64,000 nucleotides of DNA from Spirochaetia bacterium (GTDB lineage: Bacteria; Spirochaetota; Spirochaetia; SZUA-6; Bin103). Within the stretch, counting starts at the first letter, position 1. Each line of letters opens with the position of its first letter. Below are positions 27,525 through 37,421 of the stretch, one piece after another. The DNA lies in NCBI GenBank assembly GCA_965208575.1, contig CBDBOV010000004.1, forward strand, positions 544,001 through 608,000. Reading direction: 5' to 3'. The notes beneath the pieces were generated by a model. That model was not told the DNA's origin. It worked only from the letters and a program-made list of their open reading frames with translations, and searched no databases. The translations under genes were made by a program, and so were the position numbers.

Positions 27525-27629
27525 GGCACACTCGTGGGCTTCATCCACTCCGACCGGCACCTGTTCGGTGTTGCCGAGGGCGGTGTCTACCTCCTTGGCA
27601 CCGATCGGCTGGGCTCCATCAAGGGATGA
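27525..27629 (+). pseudogene. Tiny chimeric ABC permease relic
   Basis: GFIHSDRHLFGVAEGGVYLLGTDRLG (OppC-like) ending GSIKG* (sugar-permease-like tail). Confidence 0.55.
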
Positions 27630-27665
27630 TACTACTGACGGCGAGGTGAGGCTTCCGCGCCCGGC

Positions 27666-28631
27666 TCAGGCGCATCCGGGCGCGTCGGAGGTCCAGCGTT
27701 CGTAGATGGGATCGGGCTGCCCGGCCAAGGTGGCGCGGGTTTGGTGCCAGAGAGCGGCCCACTCTTCGGGGTCGCGGATCTCGGTTTCCGGGCGCGCCCG
27801 GCTGCGTGCGATGAAGCCCGGCTGCACCTCGCGGCCGCTCGGCTGGTCGGCCGGGTTGTAGCGCAGATCGAAACTCCAGCGAACGGTGCCGCTGTGGTTG
27901 GGAAGCGGGCCGTGATGCATCAGGCGGTGCATCAGCAGCACCCCTCCCCGCGGCATCGGCACCGGCACGGCCTCCGCGCCGCGGGTGAGTTGCGACGGGA
28001 TCGTCACGCCGGGACTGCAGTGCAGCATGAGCCCGTCTCGATGGCTGAACGGAACCACCGCGAGGCAGCCGTTTTCCACGCCCGCGTCGGCGAGGGGAAG
28101 CCACACGGTGACCATCTCGGTAGCGTCGGCCTCGGGCATCATGAACGCGTTGTCCTGGTGAAACCAGTCCGGGGCGACCGCGGCGCTGTCCGCCGCCGGC
28201 GCGCCGGACGCGCCGCCGACCGGCTGCTTGAGCCGGACGTGTTGAATCGGGTTGGCGAAGATCTCGGGGCCGATGAGCGACTCGACGATGTCGAGCAGCG
28301 TTTCGTTGCGAAGCAGGCCGAAGACCGCCGGACCGACGGAAATCGGGGTCTGTTCCGCGACACTCCGCTTGGGCAGTGCGATATCGAAATGCTGGTGGTA
28401 GCTTTCGCCGGTTTCGAACTGGATCCTGGTGAGCCGTTCGGCAAACGGCAGTTCCGACCAGGTGGACGAGATCTTGCCGGCGGCGAACAGGTCTGTTGCC
28501 ACCTGCTCCAGGATGACCGTGTACTCTTCGACCACTGGATCTAGGTCCGCTCTGGGGTCAAGCACTTCTTCGAGCACCAAGTACCCTTCGTCGGTGAACT
28601 GAGCGATCTGACTCTCCGTGAGACCTGGCAT
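27666..28631 (-). CDS. Phytanoyl-CoA dioxygenase family Fe(II)/2OG oxygenase
   Basis: QFTDEGYLV, WFHQD, VWLPL..ENGCL, H..PN.S...R.S.D.RY. Confidence 0.9.
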   Translation of the reverse strand: MPGLTESQIAQFTDEGYLVLEEVLDPRADLDPVVEEYTVILEQVATDLFAAGKISSTWSELPFAERLTRIQFETGESYHQHFDIALPKRSVAEQTPISVGPAVFGLLRNETLLDIVESLIGPEIFANPIQHVRLKQPVGGASGAPAADSAAVAPDWFHQDNAFMMPEADATEMVTVWLPLADAGVENGCLAVVPFSHRDGLMLHCSPGVTIPSQLTRGAEAVPVPMPRGGVLLMHRLMHHGPLPNHSGTVRWSFDLRYNPADQPSGREVQPGFIARSRARPETEIRDPEEWAALWHQTRATLAGQPDPIYERWTSDAPGCA

Positions 28632-28768
28632 GGGGCTGCTCCTTACCGTAGCGGCAGCACAGCACTTCCACCTGCCAGAGTCAACCCCTTGCCGTCGAGA
28701 CGTCGAGACCGTCGAGGACTCTCGACCTGCTCGAACGCTGCAGGTAGTGTACCGGCGGACACTACCTG

Positions 28769-29821
28769 ATGAAGAAGAACGTAGCGCTGCTCGGCGCGAG
28801 CCACATTCACACCCGCGGGTTCGCCGACGTGCTGGCCGGCCACACCGACGTGTCGGTGGCGGCAGTCTGGGATCCCGATCCGGCCATCGCCGGCAAGTAC
28901 GCGGCGAAGTTTCAATGCCGTACGGCGCCCGATGCGGCATCGGTGCTCGGCATGCCGGATCTGGACGCCGTGATCGTGCTGTCGCAGACCAATCGCCACG
29001 AGGAACTGGTGGGGCAGGTTGCCCGTGCCGGCAAGCACTGCTTCGTCGAGAAGCCGCTGGGCATGGGACTGGCCGACGCCAGGAACATGATGCGGGCGCT
29101 GGAAGGCGCCGGGATGATTTTCCACATGGGGTACTTCAACCGCACCATCCCGGCGCACCGGTTGCTGCGGCGCCTGATCGCCGAGCAGGCGTTCGGCGAG
29201 GTCAGCCGCATGCGGCTGGTGTTCGGCACGCCGGCGGCGATCAACGGCGCATTCCGCTCCGACTGGGAGTGGATGGCCGACCCGAAGCAGGCAGGCGTCG
29301 GCGCATTCGGCGACCTCGGTACTCACAAGCTGGACCTGCTGCTGTACCTGATCGGCGACACCGCCCGCCTGGAGGCGGTCACCGCCAGCTTCTCGCGGCC
29401 CCTCGGGCGCTACGCGGAGGGCGAAGAGTGCGGCGAGGCGATCCTGCGCTTCGACAACGGCACCATCGCCACCCTGGCGGCGAGCTGGGTGGACCTGGTG
29501 GAGCCGTCATCGCTGCTGATCACCGGGACCAAGGGCCACGCGGTGATCCGCAACGCGCCCGGCATGCCGCACAACGACTGGAACAACGAGCTGTTCCTGC
29601 TCACCGACGCCGTCGACGGCGCCACCGGCAAGGACCCGTGGACCGAGCTGCCGGAGGCACTGCCGCGGCCGCTCGAGCAGTTCATCGCCGCCGTCGTACA
29701 CGGCGAACGCGACCACCTGGTGAGCGTGCGCGAGGCGGCGTACAGCAGCTACGTCATGGAGATGATATCGAGAGCGGCCGCCGAACGGCGCTGGCTGCCG
29801 ATCGACCCCGCAGCCCTGTAA
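28769..29821 (+). CDS. Gfo/Idh/MocA oxidoreductase
   Basis: AGKHCFVEKP, GAFGDLGTH. Confidence 0.92.
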   Translation: MKKNVALLGASHIHTRGFADVLAGHTDVSVAAVWDPDPAIAGKYAAKFQCRTAPDAASVLGMPDLDAVIVLSQTNRHEELVGQVARAGKHCFVEKPLGMGLADARNMMRALEGAGMIFHMGYFNRTIPAHRLLRRLIAEQAFGEVSRMRLVFGTPAAINGAFRSDWEWMADPKQAGVGAFGDLGTHKLDLLLYLIGDTARLEAVTASFSRPLGRYAEGEECGEAILRFDNGTIATLAASWVDLVEPSSLLITGTKGHAVIRNAPGMPHNDWNNELFLLTDAVDGATGKDPWTELPEALPRPLEQFIAAVVHGERDHLVSVREAAYSSYVMEMISRAAAERRWLPIDPAAL

Positions 29822-29936
29822 CGCCGGTTTCGGACGGTTTACGCCCGGACCAGGCGAGGGGCGATCGGCAACGGGAGTCTTGACAGCACGCGCGGCAATC
29901 GGCACGGTCGCGAAGTGGATTTCTGTCTGAGCGGGT

Positions 29937-31199
29937 GTGTACTTGGCCGCTGAACGGGTAGAACTCAACGGGGTCAGGTACCGGGTTCCGGACGCTCCGG
30001 TTGTGGTGGTGTGCGTCGACGGCGGCGACCCGGAATACTTCGCGGCGGCACGGGCGGCCGGGTGCATTCCCACCGTCTCCCGCTTCATGGACACCGGATT
30101 CAGCGCGGTAGCGCACTGCGGCATCCCCAGTTTCACCTGCCCCAACAACATGTCGATCGCCACCGGGGCGCCGCCGAACGTGCACGGCATCTCCGGGAAC
30201 TTCTATCTCGACCGCGCCACCGGCCAGGCGGTGGTCATGACCGGCCCCGAGTTGATGCGCTCGCGCACGGTGTTCGACGTGCTGTCGAAGGCCGGCGCCC
30301 GGACCGTGGTGATCACCGCCAAGGACAAGCTCCGCACCCAGCTCGGCAAGGGCCTGGACGTCGCCGCCGGCAACGTGTGCTTCTCCTCCCAGCACGCCGA
30401 CCGCTGCACCGCCGCCGAGAACGGCATTACCGACGCACTCGGCTTCGTGGGACAGCCGCTCCCCGACATGTACTCCGAGGAACTGTCGCTGTTCGTGCTC
30501 GATGCCGGTATCCGGTTCCTGGAGCAGGACGATCCACCGGCGCTGCTGTACCTGTCGCTGACCGACTACGTGCAGCACAAGTACGCTCCCGACCATGCCG
30601 CCGCCCTCGCCTTCCACGCGGCGCTGGATGAGCGCTTCGCGCGCCTGCAGGAGCTGGGCGCGACCGTGGCCCTGACCGCCGATCACGGCATGAAGGACAA
30701 GTGCGGCGCGGACGGCAGCTACCACATCGTCTACCTGCAGGATCTGCTGGACGAGCGCTTCGGCGTGGGCCGCACCCGGGTGATCTGCCCGATCACCGAC
30801 GCGTTCGTCGGCCACCACGGATCGCTCGGCGGATTCGTGCGGGTCTATTGCTTCGGCGGCGTGGAGCCGCGCGACGCAGCCGATTTCATCCGCCCGCTCC
30901 AGGGCATCGAAGAGGTGCTGGAGCGCGAGGATGCGGCCCAGCGGTTCGATCTTCCCGCCGACCTGGAGGGAGACGTGGCGGTGATCTCCACCGCGGACTA
31001 CTGTGTCGGCATGGGGCGCGCCGACCACGACCTGGCCGACCTGCACGGCGAACGCCTGCGTACCCACGGTGGAATCTCCGAGCAGGACGTGCCGTTCATC
31101 GTCAGCCGGCCGCTGAACGCCGCCTACCGCGCACGGGCGCGGTCGGAGCAACTGCTGAACCACCAGATCTTCGACTACGCCATCAACGGCACCGCCTGA
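29937..31199 (+). CDS. phnA: Phosphonoacetate hydrolase
   Basis: VVVCVDG, PSFTCPNNMSIATG..HGISGN, YLSLTDYVQHK, TADHGM, CPITDAFVGHHGSLG, RTHGG. Confidence 0.9.
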   Translation: MYLAAERVELNGVRYRVPDAPVVVVCVDGGDPEYFAAARAAGCIPTVSRFMDTGFSAVAHCGIPSFTCPNNMSIATGAPPNVHGISGNFYLDRATGQAVVMTGPELMRSRTVFDVLSKAGARTVVITAKDKLRTQLGKGLDVAAGNVCFSSQHADRCTAAENGITDALGFVGQPLPDMYSEELSLFVLDAGIRFLEQDDPPALLYLSLTDYVQHKYAPDHAAALAFHAALDERFARLQELGATVALTADHGMKDKCGADGSYHIVYLQDLLDERFGVGRTRVICPITDAFVGHHGSLGGFVRVYCFGGVEPRDAADFIRPLQGIEEVLEREDAAQRFDLPADLEGDVAVISTADYCVGMGRADHDLADLHGERLRTHGGISEQDVPFIVSRPLNAAYRARARSEQLLNHQIFDYAINGTA

Positions 31200-31220
31200 G
31201 GGCGCACTGAGCAGCAGCCC

Positions 31221-32318
31221 GTGGCACCGCGTACGGCCCGCGCCGCCGTCTACGACGCACCCAATACGCCGTTCGTCATCCGCCGCTATCCGTTGCGCGA
31301 CGCGCGCCGCGACGAGGTCCTGGTACGGGTCACGATGTCGACCATCTGCCGCTCCGACATCCACTCCTACCACGGCCATCGCCCCAACCCGTGCCCGGGG
31401 ATCCTCGGCCACGAGATCATCGGCGTCATCGATCAGCTCGGGGCGGACATCGAGACCGATATGCGCGGCGATCCGGTGGCGGTCGGCGACCGCATCACCT
31501 GGACCGAGTACTTCCACCACGGCCCGTCCTACTACCGGGAGGTTCACGACCTGCCGCAGAAGTCGGTGGGCGTAAGAAAATACGGGCACGACCTGGTGGC
31601 CGACGACCCGCACTTCCTGGGCGGCTTCGCCGAGTACTGCTACGTCCTGCCCGGCACCGGCATCCTGAGGCTCCCCGACGAGCTGAGCGACGAGGAGGCC
31701 ACCCCGATCAACTGCGGCGTCGCCACCGTCGTCGCGATCACGGAGGCGACGCGGATCGGGCTGGGCGACGTCGTGGCCGTCCAGGGACTGGGCCTGCTGG
31801 GCCTGTACGCGTGCGCCATCGCCAAGGCGCGCGGCGCCCGGCGCGTGGTCGGCATCGACAGCGTGGGCGACCGCCTCGCGGCGGCCCGCAAGTTCGGCGC
31901 GGATGCCGTGATCGACGTGTCCGGCCGCGGCTCGCACGACGTGGTGGCCGCGGTGCGCGAGCTGGCGCCGCCCGACGGCGTCGACGCGGTAATCGAGGTG
32001 TGCGGCAATGCCGCCGTGATTCCGGACGGGCTGGAGATGCTGCGCATCGGCGGCCGCTATACCCTGGGCGGCATCGTCACCCCGGACGCCGACGTCACCA
32101 TCGACGCCAACGTGCTCGTGAAGAAGTGGATCACGCTGCGCGGCGTCCACAACTACCACCCGCGGCACCTGGTCCAGGCGCTGGATTTCGTGGTGGCCAA
32201 CCGCGACCGGTTTCCGTTCCGGGAGATCGTCGACGCCCGGTTCACGCTTGACCAGATCGACGAAGCGTTTCAGCGGGCGGCCGAGCGCACAGTCCTGCGT
32301 GCCGCTATCGTTCCCTGA
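31221..32318 (+). CDS. Zinc-dependent (MDR) alcohol dehydrogenase
   Basis: CRSDIH, GHE, NCG, GLGLLG. Confidence 0.9.
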   Translation: MAPRTARAAVYDAPNTPFVIRRYPLRDARRDEVLVRVTMSTICRSDIHSYHGHRPNPCPGILGHEIIGVIDQLGADIETDMRGDPVAVGDRITWTEYFHHGPSYYREVHDLPQKSVGVRKYGHDLVADDPHFLGGFAEYCYVLPGTGILRLPDELSDEEATPINCGVATVVAITEATRIGLGDVVAVQGLGLLGLYACAIAKARGARRVVGIDSVGDRLAAARKFGADAVIDVSGRGSHDVVAAVRELAPPDGVDAVIEVCGNAAVIPDGLEMLRIGGRYTLGGIVTPDADVTIDANVLVKKWITLRGVHNYHPRHLVQALDFVVANRDRFPFREIVDARFTLDQIDEAFQRAAERTVLRAAIVP

Positions 32319-32333
32319 GGAGCACCGACCGAG

Positions 32334-33791
32334 ATGACCCCGGCGACACCTGACCTGGCATTCGAACCGCGCGGACTGTTCATCGGCGGCGAATGGGTAG
32401 CCGCCCAGGCCGGAGGTACCATCACCAGCATCAATCCGGCAAACGGCGAGCTGCTGGGAGCGGTGCCGCTGGCCGACGAGCACGACGTGGAGCGGGCGGT
32501 CGCCGCCGCCAAGGCCGCGTTCCCGGCGTGGGCGGCGCTGCCGGTGACGCGGCGCGCCGACTACCTGCGCCGGCTCGCCGATGCCGTCGAGCGCAACGCC
32601 GACTGCCTGGCGCTGATGGACGCGGTGGACAGCGGCAATGCGATCTCCGGCATGCGCGGGGACATGACCTGGACCGCCGACGCGCTACGCTACTTTGCCG
32701 CGCTGGTCACCGAGATGAAGGGCGAGACCATGTCGCGCGAGCAGGGGCATCTCAACCTGACCCTGCGCCAGCCCTACGGCGTGGTCGCCAGGATCAACCC
32801 GTTCAACCACCCGTTCCGCTTCTGCGCCGAGAAGGCGGCGTCCGCGCTTGCCGCCGGCAACACCGTGGTGATCAAGGGACCGGAGCAGGCGCCGCTGTCG
32901 AGCCTCAGGCTGGGCGAGCTGTGCGCGGAGATCTTTCCACCGGGAGTGGTGAACATCGTGACCGGCGACGGCGCCACCGGATCGGCCATGGTGCGCCATC
33001 CGGACGTGGCGCGGGTCGGCTTCGTCGGCTCGGTGGAGACCGGCCGCCGCGTCGCCCGCGAAGCTGCCGAGAGCCTCAAGGAGGTGACCCTGGAGCTGGG
33101 CGGCAAGAACCCGATCGTCATCTTCCCCGACGCCGACCCGGCCAAGGCCGCGGCCCAGGCGGTAGCGGCGATGAACATGAACCGCCAGGGGCAGTCCTGC
33201 TCGTCCACCTCGCGGGTACTGGTGCACCGGTCGCTGCACGAGCGCGTGCGCGCCGAGCTGGTCAAGGCCGCGGCCGCCATCCCGATCGGCCTGCCCTGGC
33301 TGGAGGATGCCGAGATGGGGCCGATCGTGTCGCGGCCGCAGTACGAGCGGGTGCTCGGCTACGTCGCCTCCGGCCGCGACGAGGGCGCCGAGCTGCTCAC
33401 CGGCGGCGGCCCGCCGCCCGCTCCGGAACTCGCCGCGGGCTTCTTCATCGAGCCCACCGTGTTTGACCGCGTGCGGCCCGAGATGCGTATCGGCAGCGAG
33501 GAGATCTTCGGACCGGTGATGGCGATCATGAGCTGGTCCGACTTCGACGAGATGATCGAAGTCGCCAACGGCGTGATGTACGGGCTGACGGCGTCGCTGG
33601 TGACCAACGACTTCGGCGCCGCGATGCGCGCCGCCGAGCGGTTGCAGGCGGGCTACGTGTGGATCAACTCCTCGGGCCGCTACCTCGGCGCGCCCTATGG
33701 CGGCTGGAAGCAGAGCGGGATCGGCAAGGAGGAGTCGTTCGAGGAGCTGCTGAGCTTCACCCGGGTCAAGAACATCAACATGCGTTGGTAG
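32334..33791 (+). CDS. Aldehyde dehydrogenase
   Basis: PFNHP, LELGGKNP, GQSCSSTSR, EEIFGP. Confidence 0.93.
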   Translation: MTPATPDLAFEPRGLFIGGEWVAAQAGGTITSINPANGELLGAVPLADEHDVERAVAAAKAAFPAWAALPVTRRADYLRRLADAVERNADCLALMDAVDSGNAISGMRGDMTWTADALRYFAALVTEMKGETMSREQGHLNLTLRQPYGVVARINPFNHPFRFCAEKAASALAAGNTVVIKGPEQAPLSSLRLGELCAEIFPPGVVNIVTGDGATGSAMVRHPDVARVGFVGSVETGRRVAREAAESLKEVTLELGGKNPIVIFPDADPAKAAAQAVAAMNMNRQGQSCSSTSRVLVHRSLHERVRAELVKAAAAIPIGLPWLEDAEMGPIVSRPQYERVLGYVASGRDEGAELLTGGGPPPAPELAAGFFIEPTVFDRVRPEMRIGSEEIFGPVMAIMSWSDFDEMIEVANGVMYGLTASLVTNDFGAAMRAAERLQAGYVWINSSGRYLGAPYGGWKQSGIGKEESFEELLSFTRVKNINMRW

Positions 33792-33863
33792 CTGCTTGAA
33801 GGGCCAACGCCGGTGGGACGGGATGGGCCAAAAGCGTCGCCGGCAAGCGGCGGTTTTGGGGCG

Positions 33864-35039
33864 CTATCGCCCGAGTACGGCCGGGGCCAAGTCGCCGATC
33901 GAGCCGCCGAGCGCGTCGTCGCTGCGCGCATCGGACGCGGCCAGTGCCTGCGCCGCGGTCGGCACCGGCGTGTCGTACTGGTAGCCGGGCTGCACGCGCT
34001 GTCGCTTCCAGGCGGTGCGCATTTCGCGCCAGGCGCCGACCAGGGTGCGCGGCGGCGGGCAGTCGGCGGCGATGGCGCGGCTGAGCTTGCGCAGGTTGTA
34101 GCATGGCACGCCGGCGTACATGTGGTGCTCCATGTGCCAGTTCATGCGCCAGTACAGGAACGACGACAGCGGGTCGATTCGGATGCTGCGCACGCACTTG
34201 CGGAAGTCGGCGATGTTGTCGCGCAGGCCGCAGTGCATCGGCATGAACACCAGGTAGCGCCACCAGTTGGCTGCCGCCACCGGCAGGCTGATCAGCACCG
34301 GCAGCAGCCACAGCCCGGAGGCCACCGCCACCACCAGCACCGAGCCGTGGAACAGCAGCAGGATCCGCGCCCAGCGAATCGACTTGCGCCGTTCTTCCGG
34401 GTGCGCCTCGTACAGCGCGACGATCCACTCCTGGGCGCGCACCCCGACCGGCTCGGTGTCGCCGACCGTGTCCGCCCGCATCGGCAGTCCGAGCGCCGCG
34501 GTCACGGTGTAGCGCAGGAGCGGCCACAACCCGCGGCACATCGGCCCGCCGGTGATGTTGACGGTCAGCAGTTGCAGCACGTACAGCCAGCGCAGCGTCG
34601 GCGACTGCGGCAGCACCACCTCGCGGTCGCCGTCCGGGTGCAGCGTGTAGCGGTGGTGGTAGGTGTGGCTCAGCGCGTAGTCGTGGTGGTTGAACCACGC
34701 CAGCGGCGCGAAGATGCGCAGGAAGACCCGGTTGAGCCGCTTGGTCTTGAACACCGTGCCGTGGTCCAGCTCGTGGCACGCCGCGGACAGGAAGCTGCCG
34801 AATGTGCAGTGCAGGTAAAGCGCCAGTGCGAAGCCGACCCATGCCTGCTGCAGGAACAGGTAGTACGTAATCGTCGCGGTGGCGGCAAACAGGGCCAAGT
34901 TGCCCCCGGCCTGCAGCCACCCCTGCAGGTCGCTGCGCTGCATCAGCCGGCGCAACGCCTGCGGCTCGATCGGGCTGCGATACCAGCGCACGCGCTTGGT
35001 GCGGGTAACCTCGTTCAGCGGCGGGCGATCAACTGGCAT
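33864..35039 (-). CDS. Membrane di-iron fatty-acid-desaturase-like oxygenase
   Basis: His boxes HELDH, HTYHH, HMEHH. Confidence 0.88.
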   Translation of the reverse strand: MPVDRPPLNEVTRTKRVRWYRSPIEPQALRRLMQRSDLQGWLQAGGNLALFAATATITYYLFLQQAWVGFALALYLHCTFGSFLSAACHELDHGTVFKTKRLNRVFLRIFAPLAWFNHHDYALSHTYHHRYTLHPDGDREVVLPQSPTLRWLYVLQLLTVNITGGPMCRGLWPLLRYTVTAALGLPMRADTVGDTEPVGVRAQEWIVALYEAHPEERRKSIRWARILLLFHGSVLVVAVASGLWLLPVLISLPVAAANWWRYLVFMPMHCGLRDNIADFRKCVRSIRIDPLSSFLYWRMNWHMEHHMYAGVPCYNLRKLSRAIAADCPPPRTLVGAWREMRTAWKRQRVQPGYQYDTPVPTAAQALAASDARSDDALGGSIGDLAPAVLGR

Positions 35040-35076
35040 GGTTCTCAGGGATGAACCATACAGGAACACCGTGTAA

Positions 35077-35150
35077 CGGGCAATGCGGGATTCGAACCCA
35101 CGACCTCTGGCTCCGGAGGCCAGCGCTCTATCCAGCTGAGCTAATTGCCC
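35077..35150 (-). tRNA. tRNA-Arg (CCG)
   Basis: GGGCAAT/ATTGCCC acceptor stem, D arm, ctggc-CT CCG GA-gccag anticodon arm, GGTTCGAATCC; CCA not encoded. Confidence 0.95.
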
Positions 35151-35273
35151 TCTTGGTCGGTCCGGCGACCCAGGCCCAACCTACCCCACTACTCCTCGCC
35201 GATGCAAGCGGATCCGTTCGTTCCTTCGTCGGACGCCAAGAATCCGCTCGCCATGCGGCGCGCGGAGCCGGCG

Positions 35274-35900
35274 TCAAGCGCCCGGCTCCGGGGCGTCAAA
35301 CACGTCGGCAACGGTGATGCGGAAGCCGTCGAGCAGCGGCGATGTCGCGACCCCGCCGCGGGCGTATGCTCCATCCTCCACATAGCCGTCGGGCCCTAGC
35401 GTGAGGACGGTAATGAGCTCGTCGCGCGGGTCGACGATCCAATACTCACCGATCCCCGCCTCGGCATAGTCTTCCTTCTTGTCGACCAGATCCCGGTCCG
35501 GCCGATCCGGGCTCACCACCTCCACGACCAGGTCGGCTCCCAGCCAGAAGCGATCCTGGTAGCGCGAGTCGGAACTGTCGCACAGCACCAGAAGGTCGGG
35601 CTCCCGGAACTTGCCCTCACGCACACGCAACCGAAGCGCCGAGAACAGGACCACGCCGCCACGCGGCCCAAGCCACGCGTGAAACAGGCGATAGAGCAAC
35701 GCGAGGATAACCTGGTGGGAGGAAGTCGGCATGGGCAACTCCTGGACGTAGCCGTCGGTGAACTCGATCAAGCGGCGGCTGCGATCGGTGAGCCACAGGT
35801 ACTCTTCGTCGGTCCAGGCTCCCTGGCGAGGCACGGCCTCGCACAGTATGGCGTTCAACTCATTCTGCGAGGTGGACACCGATGGAGTGGACCCAGCCAT
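35274..35900 (-). CDS. Uma2 family endonuclease
   Basis: EPDL, LVVEVVSP, K..DYAEAGIGEYWIVDP. Confidence 0.92.
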   Translation of the reverse strand: MAGSTPSVSTSQNELNAILCEAVPRQGAWTDEEYLWLTDRSRRLIEFTDGYVQELPMPTSSHQVILALLYRLFHAWLGPRGGVVLFSALRLRVREGKFREPDLLVLCDSSDSRYQDRFWLGADLVVEVVSPDRPDRDLVDKKEDYAEAGIGEYWIVDPRDELITVLTLGPDGYVEDGAYARGGVATSPLLDGFRITVADVFDAPEPGA

Positions 35901-35955
35901 ATGGGGCCCATGGTTTCACGAGCACCCGAAGGGCGTCAACCAAATCGATCACTAC

Positions 35956-37393
35956 GGGTGCGAACGCCGAAAGCGGTAGCAAATCATTGACTCTGAGGCG
36001 GAAAAAAGGTCTACCTACCCCACGACACCACACCATGGGGAGGTAGACCATGAATACGGAAGGACTTATAACGGCCGCCGAGGGCCTTGTCAAGGAGTTG
36101 CAAGGGCGCATCAACGGCGGCCGGATGGATCTCCAGGAGGCGGAAGCCAAGATCCTTGAGATGGTGAACTGGATCGGCGACGAGATGGTGCAGGAAGTGG
36201 TAGCCGGACTCGCGGAGCCGACATCCGCCAACCAGATCACGGTTGGCGGTGAGGTGGCAGTGTTCGAGCGGGTGCGTAACCTGCGGTTCATCAACCGCTT
36301 CGGCGAAGAAGTGGTGCACCCGCGGCGCTGCTACCGGTACCGGCACCGGAGCGGAGGCGTGGCGCCGCTGGATGTGAAGCTGGGGATCGACGGGTGCTTC
36401 GGATTCTCACCGCTGATGACGTACCTGATCTGCATGCTGGGCGCGGATGAGTCGTATGCCGGTGCAGCGGCAAAACTGGAGGCGATGCTCGGGTTCAAGG
36501 TGAGCTCGACGGCGGTGCAGCGCACTACCGAGAAGACGGGAGAGCGGATACCCGATACCCCCGACGATCTAATTGATGAGCAGCGTCAGCGGCAGCCATG
36601 TTCCCTGATGGTGGTCGAGGTAGACGGAACGACGAGCCCGCAGATCACGGAGCAGGAAGGGATTACTGGTCTTGCCAGCCTCCGGGCGCCGACCTGTTAC
36701 AAGGAGTGCAACCTGATAGTCATCGAGAAGCACGATGATGGCAAGGTGATCGACCGCTGGACCGGAGGACGCTATGGACCACGCGGTGAGTTTGCCGGCT
36801 ACGCCGAGCAGGCTGGACTGCGAATGGGCTTCCTGGACGCTCCACGAACGCTGTTCCTCGGTGATGGTGCACACCACAACTGGGAACTGCAGCAGACCCA
36901 CTTCCCCGGCGCGATACCGATCCTGGACTACTACCACGCGGCTGAGCACCTCGCCGATTACTGCAAGCTGCTGTCTGCTACGCTACGCGATGCCGTCGAG
37001 CGCAGCTTGTCCACGATGATGTGGGAAGGCGAGGTGCTGCAGATGATCCACGAGATGAAGCGTTCACTGTCGAAGGTCACCGATACTGACGAAGCGTGGA
37101 AGCAGATCAACTACTTCACGAACAACCAGGACCGTATGGACTATGCCCGTTACCGCGATCTCGGGTGGCCGATCGGCAGTGGCTTGGTCGAAGGGCAGTG
37201 CAAATTGGTTGTCGGTCGACGCTTCAAGGGCAACGGGATGAGATGGCGACCGCACGACAACCGCTGCGTGCTACGCACCCGTCTGGCTCTGCTCAACGGC
37301 GACCTCAAGCGCTATTTCAGTCCTCCTGACGACTGCGAGATCAAAGCGGCCTGATCGTGTCAACCCCTGTTACCGCTTTTGGCATTGGCACCC
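35956..37393 (+). mobile_element. Mutator-like IS (ISKra4/ISLre2-type), copy 1, 1438 bp
   Basis: TIRs GGGTGCGAACGCCGAAAGCGGTAGCA / TGTTACCGCTTTTGGCATTGGCACCC; 9-bp TSD gatcactac. Confidence 0.9.
36050..37354 (+). CDS. DDE transposase (Mutator-like)
   Basis: EVDG, LGDGA, LDYYHA, PIGSGLVEG, RFK..GMRW. Confidence 0.92.
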   Translation: MNTEGLITAAEGLVKELQGRINGGRMDLQEAEAKILEMVNWIGDEMVQEVVAGLAEPTSANQITVGGEVAVFERVRNLRFINRFGEEVVHPRRCYRYRHRSGGVAPLDVKLGIDGCFGFSPLMTYLICMLGADESYAGAAAKLEAMLGFKVSSTAVQRTTEKTGERIPDTPDDLIDEQRQRQPCSLMVVEVDGTTSPQITEQEGITGLASLRAPTCYKECNLIVIEKHDDGKVIDRWTGGRYGPRGEFAGYAEQAGLRMGFLDAPRTLFLGDGAHHNWELQQTHFPGAIPILDYYHAAEHLADYCKLLSATLRDAVERSLSTMMWEGEVLQMIHEMKRSLSKVTDTDEAWKQINYFTNNQDRMDYARYRDLGWPIGSGLVEGQCKLVVGRRFKGNGMRWRPHDNRCVLRTRLALLNGDLKRYFSPPDDCEIKAA

Positions 37394-37421
37394 GATCACT
37401 ACGATTCCGGTACATGGCGCG

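Noticed and set aside
29754-32483. 909-aa minus-strand ORF and similar long shadow ORFs (e.g. 44121-46076, 38423-40099, 46742-48529)
   Set aside because: Antisense shadows of real high-GC genes with no protein-like motifs
32334-33791. Naming the ALDH phnY
   Set aside because: The catalytic loop differs from canonical PhnY, so orthology is unsupported without a phylogeny
35077-35150. tRNA-Arg as an island integration site
   Set aside because: No duplicated tRNA 3' end or integrase found in the window
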